From NCBI GenBank assembly GCA_044229845.1, contig JBGASG010000001.1:416001-480000 (forward strand): a DNA stretch of 64,000 bases, read 5' to 3'. Below the pieces are notes generated by a model. The model worked only from the letters and a program-made list of their open reading frames with translations, was not told where the DNA came from and ran no database searches. This document shows, in pieces, positions 8,776 to 19,138 of this stretch. This stretch comes from Candidatus Obscuribacteraceae bacterium (GTDB lineage Bacteria > Cyanobacteriota > Vampirovibrionia > Obscuribacterales > Obscuribacteraceae). The first letter of the stretch is position 1. The number at the start of each line of letters is the position of its first letter. A program made the translations under genes and the position numbers.

Positions 8776-9881
8776 GGCTTAACTTGACCCGCTTCAATTC
8801 GTTTGTGCGCGGGGCGAAGCCATGACCGCATGTCGGTTACTTCTTCGGAACGATTGGTGGCATTGAGAAGTCTCTCGAAGCAATCTAGAGTGCGCGTTGC
8901 TTCTGGATGGTATGGTTGATTTCTATATCGATCGTAGACCAGTCCCAGAAGCGGTTCAATCTCTTGCCCTCGACCAGTAGCTACATACGTCTCCAGTAGC
9001 ATATTTATCGTTCGCGTCGGGGCATACTGCACGAGCAATTCTGAGTGTTGAAGTGAGTTAAGCGACTTAGCACATAGAGCGTCTGACTCTGCCAATCGAT
9101 CTGTTTGTGCGTATAGACATGCGAGGTTCAAGTCACAAGACAGGACTGCGACTGGAATAGCCCACTCGTCCCCCGTTGACACCTTCATGTTTGGGTCTTC
9201 TATGGACTGTTTGACTCCCAGCAACTGCTCTTCCGCGGAATCCAGCTCGCCGAGGGTTAAACGCACGGCGGACAGACGCAGCACCACGAGAGTGGAGTGG
9301 AGCGGACTCACTTCTTTCTTGTGTAGGTCGTAGATTTCTAAGGACTTGACCATCTCTAGTTCGGCTTCGAGGATCCTGTCCTGCAGAAAGTAAGCGTCGC
9401 TGAGCCAAGCATGCAGGGCTCCGATTCCATGGCTGCCTGAGTATCGCGAGTCTTTTGAAGCGCAAAGCAAAGACTCTTTCAGTAGCTTTTCTGCCATCTC
9501 GTAATGCCCCTGCCAGAGTCGCGCTCGGGCGAGTTGCGCCAGCAAGAGGGCGGTTGTTCCTCCTTCGAGCGCGTGAATCGTCTTCAGAATGCGTAGCGCT
9601 GCTCCGTACGCAATCGCTCTATCTGACCAGTTCACTTCCATCGTGCGGGTGCTGAACATTGCCTCCAAAACGTAGTAGCAAATTACAGGCGACATTAACC
9701 AAGTCATGAAGACTCCTGAGGCTGCCCATCCAACAAGTGCAAACGAATTTCCAGGGTAGCAAATGGCTCCCCAAGCGCCCCAGAGTGCAATTGTGGCGAG
9801 CAAAATAGCTAGACCTAAGAGGTGTGAGAGTGTTTCTTTTACCCGATCAAATCGAGTAATTCGCAGTTCGTTGCGTTTCAT
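8772..9881 (-). CDS. Membrane-anchored TPR protein
   Basis: Two N-terminal TM helices followed by TPR-like repeats. Confidence 0.8.
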   Translation of the reverse strand: MKRNELRITRFDRVKETLSHLLGLAILLATIALWGAWGAICYPGNSFALVGWAASGVFMTWLMSPVICYYVLEAMFSTRTMEVNWSDRAIAYGAALRILKTIHALEGGTTALLLAQLARARLWQGHYEMAEKLLKESLLCASKDSRYSGSHGIGALHAWLSDAYFLQDRILEAELEMVKSLEIYDLHKKEVSPLHSTLVVLRLSAVRLTLGELDSAEEQLLGVKQSIEDPNMKVSTGDEWAIPVAVLSCDLNLACLYAQTDRLAESDALCAKSLNSLQHSELLVQYAPTRTINMLLETYVATGRGQEIEPLLGLVYDRYRNQPYHPEATRTLDCFERLLNATNRSEEVTDMRSWLRPAHKRIEAGQVKP

Positions 9882-10024
9882 CGGCTGAGCTTGGTTCTAT
9901 CGACATAGTTGATGTACCCCGAACATGACTGTGACGGGGGACATTGACCGGGGTTTGGGGCGCGGTCATAATGGATTTATCGTACGAATTCCCCAGTACA
10001 GCGCCCATACGGAGAACCTGGTCT

Positions 10025-11356
10025 ATGCGCCTGATTACGTCAGCCAGCCTGTTGTTCAAGCCGCTGCTTGCTCTGTTTGCCGGTCTGGCTGTGGCGAACG
10101 CAGCCACGGCTGCGAATGTGGAGACAATTTCGGGCGCCGATGCCGGCACACAGGCGAAAGCCATCAAATACGGCATTAACTGGGTCAATTCGCTGTCCAA
10201 CGCTGAAGAACTGGCGAAACGCTCGCATAAGCCCATTTTCTGGATGCATATGCTGGGCAACATCGACGGCTACACTTGAAGCGCCGCCAATAGTCTGAGA
10301 GCCGGGTCGCTCTCCAAAGAACCTGTCTACAGCACCCTCCGCAATCGTTTCGTCTGCGGCTACAAGAATATCTATAAAGAGAAGTTCGCGGGCAACTCGG
10401 GTGTGCATCCCATGGAGAGCAGCGCCGTCACCACCACAAATGGTGCCGGGCCGCACAATGTGCAGCTGTTCATTCTCAGTGAGGACGGCACCGTATTGCA
10501 CTGTCTGCCCGGGTATTGGGACCCGAATGATCTGCAGTCAGAGCTCGATCTGGCGCAGAAGTTGAACGATGTCTGGTTGAATAATTCGATTACGCCGACT
10601 CAGAAGATTGCGCAGTTTAAGCAACTGCAAATGCAACACCTGGCTGGGCACTCACCACAGACGGTGGCGCGCAGTCACCTTCAGCATTTTGATGCGCAAT
10701 ATATTGCGAAGCATGCCCATGGACCCGGCGGCGGACTAAATGATGCCATTGCGGAACCGGCACTGCTCGCCAGCTGTCAGTCTGCCTGGAGCGGCGCACC
10801 TAAAGAAGGCATGAGCATGAATGCCCCTATGGAGGCATTCAAAACCACCGACCGCATCATGCACGAGAGAATGTGCAAGTATCCGTTCGTTCCGTACGAA
10901 AACTTCGATGTTGTCTCGTACACAAATTACGGCACGCATTTTTACGACAAGAATGAAAACGAAATGGCAGGCGTCATGCGCCCGGATTTGAAGCGCATGA
11001 ATCTGCATAGGGTCACGCACGATGCAATCGGCGCTCCGCGTTCTGCCGGTGGTGGCAGAGGAAACAAGAATCGCTTCGACCCGGTGAGGAAGTTCTACGA
11101 GCTCTCGAACGAAAACAAATATACCGAAGCCTTGCAGTACGCGTCCAACCTGTGCACAGCCAAGCCCAATGATCCGACTGGCTGGGAATTGCGCGCGGTC
11201 GCCGAATATGGATTGGGCAAGTACGATGAGGCGTATAACGATGCGACCCGTGCAGCTTGGTTGGGAAGCCGTTCGGCGACAAATTCCGACTTACGCAAGA
11301 AAGCGCAGGAACGAATGGGTGCACGCGTGGGCACCCCAAAAGTGTCGCTGCACTGA
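10025..11356 (+). CDS. Putative exported selenoprotein: SelN-like thioredoxin fold plus C-terminal TPR, with an in-frame TGA (Sec85) at 10277-10279
   Basis: Track ORFs 9944-10279 and 10403-11356 are in the same frame, joined by 41 stop-free codons; signal peptide; sequence KPIFWMHMLGNIDGYT*SAANSLRAGSLS; hairpin right after the TGA. Confidence 0.75.
10297..10314 (+). promoter_or_regulatory. Candidate bacterial SECIS hairpin
   Basis: GAGAGC-CGGGTC-GCTCTC: 6-bp stem with a G-rich loop, starting 18 nt after the in-frame TGA. Confidence 0.6.
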
Positions 11357-11521
11357 GCTTAACGCACTTCTTACGTCGTTCTATATCTCTTGCCTGATGC
11401 GGCATCACAGCGGCGGGGTTGCACTTTCTTGGCTAGAATCGCGCGTGATCGAGAGCGATCATGAGCGCGATTTTTTGACGCGTTGTAGAATCGAATTTAT
11501 CTCAAACTAAGTTGGATAGCC

Positions 11522-13045
11522 ATGACTGAATCAGCCGGACCAGCTGGGCCGCTGCCTTCTGGCGCGCCCGCTCAGCCCAATCAGCCCAATCTGAACGAAA
11601 AGCCCAGTACGAGTGTCTTCAAACCTGTACTTGTAAAACTACTGATGGTGGCGGGGATTTTTGGATTACTCCAGATCCCTCTTTTTATGATCTTAGGCAC
11701 CATCGAGGAGCGTCAAAACTACAATGTCGAGTACCCGCAGGAGTACGCTGGTCCCGGCGCCGGCAAGCAGTCAGTGATGGGACCGATGCTGACGGTTCCG
11801 TACCACTACAAGCTCACTGAAGAACGTGAGGTTGCTCCCGCGCCGGCAGCTCTGGCTGCCACCACCGGCGATGTGGGTGTTCCTGACAATCCGCCGCCCC
11901 GCAAGACGATTAAGGTGACCCGCACCGCCACCGGATACCTGCACTTCTTTCCCGAAAACCTCAGTGTCAGCGGCAACCTGACACCGGAAGTCCGCGACGG
12001 AGGCAAGTTCAAGAATATCGTCTATTCCACTGCGCTCGACTTCAAAGGCACATTCAAAACCAGCGACTTCGAACGCAAGAAGCTCGACGAAAAAGAAATC
12101 ATGTGGCAGGACGCCTTCATTGCACTGGGCATCTCAGACCTGCGCGGCATCTCTCGCGAAACCACACTTGACTGGTCCGGCAGACAATACAACTTTGTTC
12201 CGGGCGTCAACGGAGTGAAGTCGTTCGATCAAGGACAATACGCGCTTCTCCCTGACGTGAAGAAGGGCGGCACCTATCCGTTTTCATTCACCCTGCATTT
12301 GAATGGCAGTCGTGATCTCAATATCTTCCCGGCAGGCAAGGAGAACGCCATCAACCTGGCGTCTACATGGAGCCAGCCGACGTTCATCGGCGGTTTCCTG
12401 CCTACGAAGAAGACCGTTTCTCAAAAGGGATTCTCGTCGCTCTGGGAAGTCTCATACTTCACGCGCAATATGGCTCAGGTCTGGACTGACACCGAAGTTG
12501 ACATCAAAAACTCCATGGACCAGTACATGGTCGGGGTCACGCTGGCGACGCCGGTGGAGTTCTACCAGTCGGCGATTCGGGCGGTTAAGTACGGCAGTCT
12601 CTTCATCATTATGACCTTTCTCGCTCTGTTCGTATTCGAGATGATGACCAAGGTGAGGATCCACGAGTTTCAATATCTGATGGTGGGTCTGGCGCTCAGC
12701 TTGTTTTTCCTTTTGCTGATCGCCGCCTCCGAATGGATTCCATTTGTCTGGTCGTATGTAATCGCCGCGATTTCGACAATCGTGCAGATCACCTGGTACA
12801 CACAAGCCTTTTCCAAAGCTCGCAGCCCTCAGCTGTGGAAGGTAATGGCTGGCACGCTGACGACGCTCTATGTGTACCTGTACATTCTGTTGCAGCTGGA
12901 AAACTTCTCGCTGGTGGTTGGCGCAATCGGGTTGTTCCTGACCTTGACTCTGGTGCTCTACGCCACACGCAACATCAACTGGTACGCGAGCGTCGTACCG
13001 GGCGAGCCTACGGGTCCACCGAAGGAAGCTCCCTCTCCTGCATAG
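11522..13045 (+). CDS. creD: Inner membrane protein CreD
   Basis: N-terminal TM, periplasmic domain (ISDLRGI, FLP), RAVKYG and IHEFQYLMVGLAL, C-terminal TM bundle ending TRNINWY. Confidence 0.9.
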   Translation: MTESAGPAGPLPSGAPAQPNQPNLNEKPSTSVFKPVLVKLLMVAGIFGLLQIPLFMILGTIEERQNYNVEYPQEYAGPGAGKQSVMGPMLTVPYHYKLTEEREVAPAPAALAATTGDVGVPDNPPPRKTIKVTRTATGYLHFFPENLSVSGNLTPEVRDGGKFKNIVYSTALDFKGTFKTSDFERKKLDEKEIMWQDAFIALGISDLRGISRETTLDWSGRQYNFVPGVNGVKSFDQGQYALLPDVKKGGTYPFSFTLHLNGSRDLNIFPAGKENAINLASTWSQPTFIGGFLPTKKTVSQKGFSSLWEVSYFTRNMAQVWTDTEVDIKNSMDQYMVGVTLATPVEFYQSAIRAVKYGSLFIIMTFLALFVFEMMTKVRIHEFQYLMVGLALSLFFLLLIAASEWIPFVWSYVIAAISTIVQITWYTQAFSKARSPQLWKVMAGTLTTLYVYLYILLQLENFSLVVGAIGLFLTLTLVLYATRNINWYASVVPGEPTGPPKEAPSPA

Positions 13046-13108
13046 GAAAGCAAACCCTGCATCGAAAAGAAGCCCTGCCTCTCTCCTGGGCGGGGTTTCT
13101 GCTCTTGC

Positions 13109-13564
13109 TCAGTGCGTTACCGCAATATGCAGGGGCGCCGACACTTCTGCTACCACGTTCTCACCGTCTCGCAAAATAAATATCAGGTCGACCACATGCA
13201 TTCCTTCGGTTGACGGACAGACAACCGGCGTGCCTTCCAGATTGATGATCTGGCTTGTCGAATCAAGACCTTCGGGAATACTGAGGTCGAGGATCAAGCC
13301 CTCCGCTACCACTTTGTCCGCCGCCTGCAGCGAGCCTTTGGCAGTGGCGTAAATATGCCCTTGCGTCCCCTGTTTGCGCCGAAATACCAGCACCAGCATG
13401 ATGGTGTTCAGTTTCACAACCAGCGATCTGTCCGGCGGCCGTCCGTCGCATTTCGCTTGTACTGCCACCACCGGATAAACCTCGGTCAAGCAAATGCCGT
13501 TGACGCTGTCGACCTGCGCATCTCTGCACATCACGCCCAGCACCAGTTCTACATTGATTGCCAT
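13109..13564 (-). CDS. Hypothetical protein (DUF6941-like beta-rich fold)
   Basis: 151 aa; N-terminal CRDAQVD...G pattern. The family call is tentative. Confidence 0.6.
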   Translation of the reverse strand: MAINVELVLGVMCRDAQVDSVNGICLTEVYPVVAVQAKCDGRPPDRSLVVKLNTIMLVLVFRRKQGTQGHIYATAKGSLQAADKVVAEGLILDLSIPEGLDSTSQIINLEGTPVVCPSTEGMHVVDLIFILRDGENVVAEVSAPLHIAVTH

Positions 13565-13579
13565 TGTTTCTCCGGGCGG

Positions 13580-14224
13580 CTAGATGCTGTATCCGACGCG
13601 CTGCCGCACTTGCGCCAGAAAGGGAGTCTCCATGCTGGCCGCCCACCTCAATGATGAGCTCGTGTCGGCTTTCATGGCGTGTTCCACCAGGCTAACGACC
13701 GGCGCGGGAACCCAGGAGAGCAGATACCCGGTTAGTTTCGTGCGGTCATACGAATCGATGACATACGCCATCCAGGTGTCGCTGGGAGGGAAGTTTTCAC
13801 CATCGAAGAAACCACCGGAGGACAGCATTGCCTTACCGTCTGCGCGGCTGAGTCCCGGCGTGAAGTAAAGCAACTTTCCGGCTGCCATTGCGATTGACTC
13901 TGTTTCTTCATAGTGACGCAGAATGACAGCCTCTGCGCGTTGCACGCTGACGTGCGCGACTTCCGATTCCAGTCCCGCGTCGTGCAGCTTGAGAAGCTGT
14001 CCCATGGTTTCCGGCGCGAAGCGGCGCAGCACCGAGCCTCTGACATGGGCTGTCTGTTCGATGTTGCGCTTGAGTTCGGCAGCAGTGGCTGGTTGTAAAT
14101 AAGAGGTGAGCTTGTGGAAAAACTGATTGCCAGGCAGTTTCGTCCGAACATGATGGTCCATCATCTCCGAATGGCACCAGTGCATGGTGTCGATCAGGCG
14201 CTTCTCGAATTTCTCGATTTTCAT
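13580..14224 (-). CDS. Conserved hypothetical protein
   Basis: 214 aa; GFFDGENFPPSDTW and LLSWVP motifs. Confidence 0.75.
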   Translation of the reverse strand: MKIEKFEKRLIDTMHWCHSEMMDHHVRTKLPGNQFFHKLTSYLQPATAAELKRNIEQTAHVRGSVLRRFAPETMGQLLKLHDAGLESEVAHVSVQRAEAVILRHYEETESIAMAAGKLLYFTPGLSRADGKAMLSSGGFFDGENFPPSDTWMAYVIDSYDRTKLTGYLLSWVPAPVVSLVEHAMKADTSSSLRWAASMETPFLAQVRQRVGYSI

Positions 14225-14421
14225 GGTTCAGACGGTGTTTTGCTGGTTCATCATAGCAGGTCGATGCCACAAACTCAGCCGTTGAATCCGGCAGTGATTC
14301 AGCCGTTAGCTCAGCATTCAATCCCTGCGCACGAGTCGCGAAACATTGGGATGGATGCGACGTCGCAAGGCTTACTTGTGAACGAACAGTGTTGGCACCA
14401 GTTAAGAGAGAGATTGGTTCT

Positions 14422-14775
14422 ATGAAAACAAGATTCAAACAATTCGTGGCGCTGATTGTGATGGTGATGGCAATGTCCACGCAATTGCTCATACCTCAGC
14501 AAGCGGAAGCTAGATACCGGCGCCCAATCACGTACGCAAACGTGGCACCAGGCTACTACGGCTATCGTCGTCCGGGTATTTATCAAAGGCACCCGATCGT
14601 TTCGCGCACTTTGACTGGTACTGCTATCGGTGCACTCGGTGGCTTGGCAGTCGGCGCGATCGCCGGTCATCACAGAGCCGGACGAGGAGCCTTGATCGGC
14701 GCCGGCGTCGGTACTGCGGCTGGTCTGGCGTATGGACTGTACCGCAACAAGCAGTACACGGGACGCATTTTCTAA
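14422..14775 (+). CDS. Exported glycine-zipper protein
   Basis: Signal peptide ending QAEA; GxxxG repeats (GTAIGALGG, GALIGAGVG). Confidence 0.8.
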   Translation: MKTRFKQFVALIVMVMAMSTQLLIPQQAEARYRRPITYANVAPGYYGYRRPGIYQRHPIVSRTLTGTAIGALGGLAVGAIAGHHRAGRGALIGAGVGTAAGLAYGLYRNKQYTGRIF

Positions 14776-14784
14776 CCACACGAA

Positions 14785-14807
14785 GCCGGGGCGCAAGTCC
14801 CGGTTTT
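14785..14807 (+). terminator. Rho-independent terminator
   Basis: GCCGGGGC-GCAA-GTCCCGGT followed by a T run. Confidence 0.65.
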
Positions 14808-14821
14808 CGTTTGCGGTTTCC

Positions 14822-15088
14822 CTAGCTCAGCGGGCGACGTTGATTGCAGGCGCTGACGAGCAGCTGTTTCTCTTTGCGAGACAACTGTTTTATGCGCCAC
14901 TCTTCCTTCATCGCTTCCGAGCGTGAAGGATATTGCCAGAATGCCACCAATGCCACCGGCGGGTGCGATCGTGTGTACTTGGCTCCAGTGCCTGCGCTGT
15001 GTGAGGCTATGCGTTTGTCGAGATTGTCGGTCCAACCGGTGTAATAACCGCCCCCGGTGCACTCAAGCATGTAAGTGAAGTAATTCAT
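14822..15088 (-). CDS. GIY-YIG nuclease family protein (YhbQ/UPF0213-like)
   Basis: YTGWTDNLDKRIASH, GAKYTR, SRSEAMKEEWRIKQLSR. Confidence 0.92.
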   Translation of the reverse strand: MNYFTYMLECTGGGYYTGWTDNLDKRIASHSAGTGAKYTRSHPPVALVAFWQYPSRSEAMKEEWRIKQLSRKEKQLLVSACNQRRPLS

Positions 15089-15158
15089 GATTCACCTGCC
15101 GCCTTCTTCTCGCCCTAATCAATACTCCAACCAGATCGTTGCTGTCAATGCTAATCTT

Positions 15159-15911
15159 ATGCAGATGAATGACGACGCCATACTAGCCACCGTGATTCAC
15201 CGGCCCTTTCCACTGCCGGAAAGTCCGCCGGTTCTGCGCCAGTCCTGGTCGAAGCTGCTTTTCGCGCACTGGCCGGTCGATGCGGATGTGCTCAGACCTC
15301 TGATTCCGGAGTGCCTCGAGATGGATCTCTACGAGGGCACTGCATACGTGGGCGTGGTGCCATTTGCGATGCGCAAGGTGCATCCGCGTTTTACACCCGA
15401 CATGGGTTGGCTCTCCAATTTCCTGGAGTTGAACATCCGGACGTACGTGAAGAAGGACGGCATTCCGGGTGTCTATTTCTTCAGCCTCGACTGCAACAAT
15501 CCGGTCGCCGTCACCGTGGCGCGCACCACCTATCATTTGCCGTATTTCAATGCGCGCATGACGATGGACGAGCAGGACGGTCTGATTAAGTATGAAAGCA
15601 AGCGCTCGAATTGCGATGCGGTGTTTCAAGCAGACTACAAATCGGCCGGTGCAGTTCTGAAACTCTCGCCGGCGTCGTTGGATCGGTTTCTCACCGAGCG
15701 CTATTGTCTATACACTACCGACAAGCGCGGGCGCTGCTTTCGCGGTGTGATCCATCATTTGATGTGGCAATTGCAGCCGGCCGAAGCCGAGATTCTCACT
15801 GACACGCTGTCTTCGACGCAACTGGGATTCCAGTTGCCCGACACGAAACCGCTGCTTCACTACAGTGAATACATCGACACGCTCGAGTGGCCGCTGGCGA
15901 AACTCGATTAG
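15159..15911 (+). CDS. YqjF/DUF2071 family protein
   Basis: QSWSKLLFAHW, FLELNIRTYV, PGVYFFSLD, FLTERYCLY. Confidence 0.9.
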   Translation: MQMNDDAILATVIHRPFPLPESPPVLRQSWSKLLFAHWPVDADVLRPLIPECLEMDLYEGTAYVGVVPFAMRKVHPRFTPDMGWLSNFLELNIRTYVKKDGIPGVYFFSLDCNNPVAVTVARTTYHLPYFNARMTMDEQDGLIKYESKRSNCDAVFQADYKSAGAVLKLSPASLDRFLTERYCLYTTDKRGRCFRGVIHHLMWQLQPAEAEILTDTLSSTQLGFQLPDTKPLLHYSEYIDTLEWPLAKLD

Positions 15912-15919
15912 ATGACCAG

Positions 15920-17011
15920 TTAGTCTTGCCTTTGATCGGGAGCGAAACCGTGCGTATCGAGCACGGTGCCGACCAGATAGGTGCGTTTGCCTTGCGATTC
16001 GTGATAGGTACGAATCAAGAGTTCGGCAATCAGACCCATAAAGATCAACTGCACGCCCATCATGAAGAACATCGCTACCAGCACCGGTAGTGGTGTGTCG
16101 ATGAAGTGTGTGTTGTAGCAGCAACGCAGGACTATCATCCATGCAAACACGACAAACGAGGCGCCCAGCGAAGCCAGACCGACGCTGCCGAAGGCATAAA
16201 TTGGTTTGGTCAGGAAGTTCGACATGAAGGTGACGGTAATCAGGTCGAGCAAAACGCGGAAGGTCCGCGAGATGCCGTATTTGGATTTACCGAACATGCG
16301 CGGGTGGTGAATAACCGGAATCTCGGCTACCTTGGCGCCTTCCCAGCTAGCATAGATGGGGACGAAACGGTGCATTTCGCCGTACAGGCGCACGTCTTGA
16401 ATTACTTCCCGGCGGTACGCTTTCAGGCAGCACCCATAGTCCCGCAGATGCACTCCAGTCATTTTGGAGATCAATCTGTTGGCAAACCAGGAGGGAATCA
16501 AGCGCAGGAAAAGTTCGTCGTGGCGTTTCTTGCGCCAGCCGCTGACAACATCGAAACCCTCATCCAGCTTGTCGAGCAAGCGTTGCAGGTCCTGCGGATC
16601 GTTTTGCAGGTCGGCATCTATGTGGATGATGATCTTGCCGCGCGAATAATCGTGTCCGGCAGACAGAGCCGGAGTTTTGCCGAAGTTGCGGACGAACTTG
16701 ATCACGCGCACCGTGGAGTCTTTCGCCCACAGAGCCTTGATCTTGTCGTACGAACCGTCGGTCGAACCGTCGTCGATGAAGATCAATTCCCAGGTGCAAC
16801 CCATAGTTTGCAGTTGGCGAATCAACTGCTCGTAGAGCGCATCGATCGTGTCCACTTCGTTGCAGACGGGGATGATGATCGACAGATCCGGTTGCGGCGG
16901 TGTCTGATCTTGAGTTGCCGAGCCTGCCACCGCATGTGGTGCAGACTGTGCAGGCGAAGGCGACTGCTGGGCAACTGGCGAAACTATTGAGGATTTAGGT
17001 GTAGTTTGCAT
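15920..17011 (-). CDS. GT2 polyprenyl-phosphate glycosyltransferase (ArnC-like)
   Basis: IDDGSTDGS, RNFGK, DADLQNDP, DYGCCLKAYRR; two C-terminal TMs. Confidence 0.93.
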   Translation of the reverse strand: MQTTPKSSIVSPVAQQSPSPAQSAPHAVAGSATQDQTPPQPDLSIIIPVCNEVDTIDALYEQLIRQLQTMGCTWELIFIDDGSTDGSYDKIKALWAKDSTVRVIKFVRNFGKTPALSAGHDYSRGKIIIHIDADLQNDPQDLQRLLDKLDEGFDVVSGWRKKRHDELFLRLIPSWFANRLISKMTGVHLRDYGCCLKAYRREVIQDVRLYGEMHRFVPIYASWEGAKVAEIPVIHHPRMFGKSKYGISRTFRVLLDLITVTFMSNFLTKPIYAFGSVGLASLGASFVVFAWMIVLRCCYNTHFIDTPLPVLVAMFFMMGVQLIFMGLIAELLIRTYHESQGKRTYLVGTVLDTHGFAPDQRQD

Positions 17012-17217
17012 GCGTTCGATTATACCGGTGCGGTAGCCCGGAAATTATGTCTTCACAACTTCTCACTATGGTCGTATAGCCTGCCCTGGTGGCTCTTTTG
17101 GCGATTCAAAAGGTTTACATGAGGCAAGACTAACGAAGTCATGATGCCTGTAGAAGATACTTAATCGTTGAAATAGAGTCACTTTGCGCACCATCTTGCG
17201 CTCATTCAGGTAACGAA

Positions 17218-19107
17218 ATGTCGCCAGCTTCTCTGATTATCAAAGCCGTACCGAACCCCGCAGCGGGTGCCGCTGACGCCGCGTCGAAGACAACCTCGAG
17301 GCTGAAAATTGCTGATCACGAGAAACGCGACAACACCCGTTCGAAGCGCGAAATTTTTGGCTTGTTGGCGGTGATTGCTGTTGCCTGCGCTGTCTTGTTT
17401 ACGGCACTGGGTGACCATCCGCTCTTCAATCCGGACGAAGGTTATTACGCTGAGCCGTCGCGAGAAATGCTGGAAACCGGCAACTGGCTTACGACAACGC
17501 TCAATTACGCAGTCCGTTACACGAAGCCGCCCCTCTACTACTGGGCATCCGCCGGCGCCATGGCTGTCTTCGGTCCCACCGAATTTGCTGCCCGTTTCTG
17601 GTCGGCTGCCTGCGCCGTCATTTTGATAGCCGCCACTTATTGTCTCGTCAACCGCTTCGTTGGCTTCCGCGCCGCCCTGATTGCATCTGTGGTGCTCGTG
17701 ACTTCTCCGCTTTTTATCGCGGTTGGGCGACACGCACTGTCCGATATGCCGCTGTCGCTTTTGATTGCCGGTGGACTGTTCTGTTTCTTCCGGGCTTACG
17801 CCCAGCGCAAGCCGGGATTTATCTGGTTCGGCTACACGCTTTTCGCGCTCGCCGTTCTGGCGAAAGGACCGGTGGGCATCGCTTTGCCGGTACTGGTGCT
17901 CTTCGCATATCACCTGTTGCGCCGCAATCTGAAGGATGCGCTGATCTTTTACAAGCCGCATCTGGGCGCACTGCTGGTTGCCGCCATCGCGCTTCCCTGG
18001 TTCATCGCCGAGACGATTGCCACCAAAGGCGAGTACGTTGCATGTTTTATATTTATGGAAAATCTGCAGCGCTTCACCAAAGTCGTCAGCAGTCATAAAG
18101 GTCCCTTCTGGTATCACTTCGCTGTTGTCGGCGGCGGATTGTTGCCCTGGACGCTTTTCTTACTGCAGGGACTGCAACGTGCGCTCAAACCGCAACCCGC
18201 ACCAGACGCGGCAGCGCCCCGCCTGCTCGACACGTACCGCTCTTTGACCCCGCGTCAGGATCTCATATTGTTCGCTGCCTGTTTCGCAGTCGTGACCATC
18301 TTTTTCTTCAGCGCCAGCGTTTCGAAGCTGGTGTCGTACACGGTGCCATGTTTCCCGGCGCTGGCGATACTGGTGGCGGCCGAACTGGATGCCATCCTCT
18401 CTGCAGACGCGGCAGCTTTCCGCAAACGTTTCTTGCTGCCGCTGCTGTTGCTTGGCGCTGCCCTGGCGATCACGGCCGGTGTGGCACCGTTCGTGCTCGA
18501 ACATGTCCGCCGCGCTCCACCGAATATCTATCCCATCATCGCCGGTTATGCGGTGCTGCAATTGATTGGTGTGGCCGCCGCCGTCGGTCTGGCCCATTTC
18601 GCACGCCGTCGCACCGCCGGACTGGTCGCCTTCGCGTCGGTGACGCTCATGTCGCTGGCAATCTTCGGCTTTCAGATCACCCATCTTGTCTCCGACCGCT
18701 GGGAAGGCGGCATGCCCGAACTGGCTAAAATAGCCGCCGCGTCCGGCGAACCTATATTTGCCTACCGCACGCGCCTGCCTTCGTTGCCCTTCTACACTCA
18801 TCGCGCTGCCGTACTCTCGCCGGCGCAGGAAAAACCGATCAAAGGCACCAACAGATTTACCGGTGTGATGGGCAATAATGTGCCACCACAACTGCCGTGG
18901 CTCGGCAAACCGGAACTGAAGCCGGAATTGAATTACCTTGCCGAAGCCAGCGTCGACGGACAGATCGTGCGCTACAAGACCGCATACGTGATAGCCCGCA
19001 CCGATGAATTAGCGCACTTCCAGGGCATTGCTGGATACACCAAGGTCAAGGAAGCCGGCACGTTCATGTTGCTGCACTGGAAAAATCCGGACCGCCCGAA
19101 ACCATAA
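17218..19107 (+). CDS. ArnT/GT83-like (PMT family) lipid-carrier-dependent glycosyltransferase
   Basis: PDEGYYAE..REML, KPPLYYW, LAKGPVG; many TM helices. Confidence 0.9.
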   Translation: MSPASLIIKAVPNPAAGAADAASKTTSRLKIADHEKRDNTRSKREIFGLLAVIAVACAVLFTALGDHPLFNPDEGYYAEPSREMLETGNWLTTTLNYAVRYTKPPLYYWASAGAMAVFGPTEFAARFWSAACAVILIAATYCLVNRFVGFRAALIASVVLVTSPLFIAVGRHALSDMPLSLLIAGGLFCFFRAYAQRKPGFIWFGYTLFALAVLAKGPVGIALPVLVLFAYHLLRRNLKDALIFYKPHLGALLVAAIALPWFIAETIATKGEYVACFIFMENLQRFTKVVSSHKGPFWYHFAVVGGGLLPWTLFLLQGLQRALKPQPAPDAAAPRLLDTYRSLTPRQDLILFAACFAVVTIFFFSASVSKLVSYTVPCFPALAILVAAELDAILSADAAAFRKRFLLPLLLLGAALAITAGVAPFVLEHVRRAPPNIYPIIAGYAVLQLIGVAAAVGLAHFARRRTAGLVAFASVTLMSLAIFGFQITHLVSDRWEGGMPELAKIAAASGEPIFAYRTRLPSLPFYTHRAAVLSPAQEKPIKGTNRFTGVMGNNVPPQLPWLGKPELKPELNYLAEASVDGQIVRYKTAYVIARTDELAHFQGIAGYTKVKEAGTFMLLHWKNPDRPKP

Positions 19108-19138
19108 GCCACGCTTGTACGCAGCCGGAGATAGCGCC

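Noticed and set aside
9944..10279. Track ORFs 9944-10279 and 10403-11356 as two independent genes
   Set aside because: They share a frame, the linker is stop-free and continues the thioredoxin-like motif, and 10403 has only a GTG start without a clear RBS. Treated as one UGA-containing gene.
14822..15088. GIY-YIG gene as a homing endonuclease or mobile element
   Set aside because: It is the short standalone YhbQ/UPF0213 type, with no intron, intein or DNA-binding extension.
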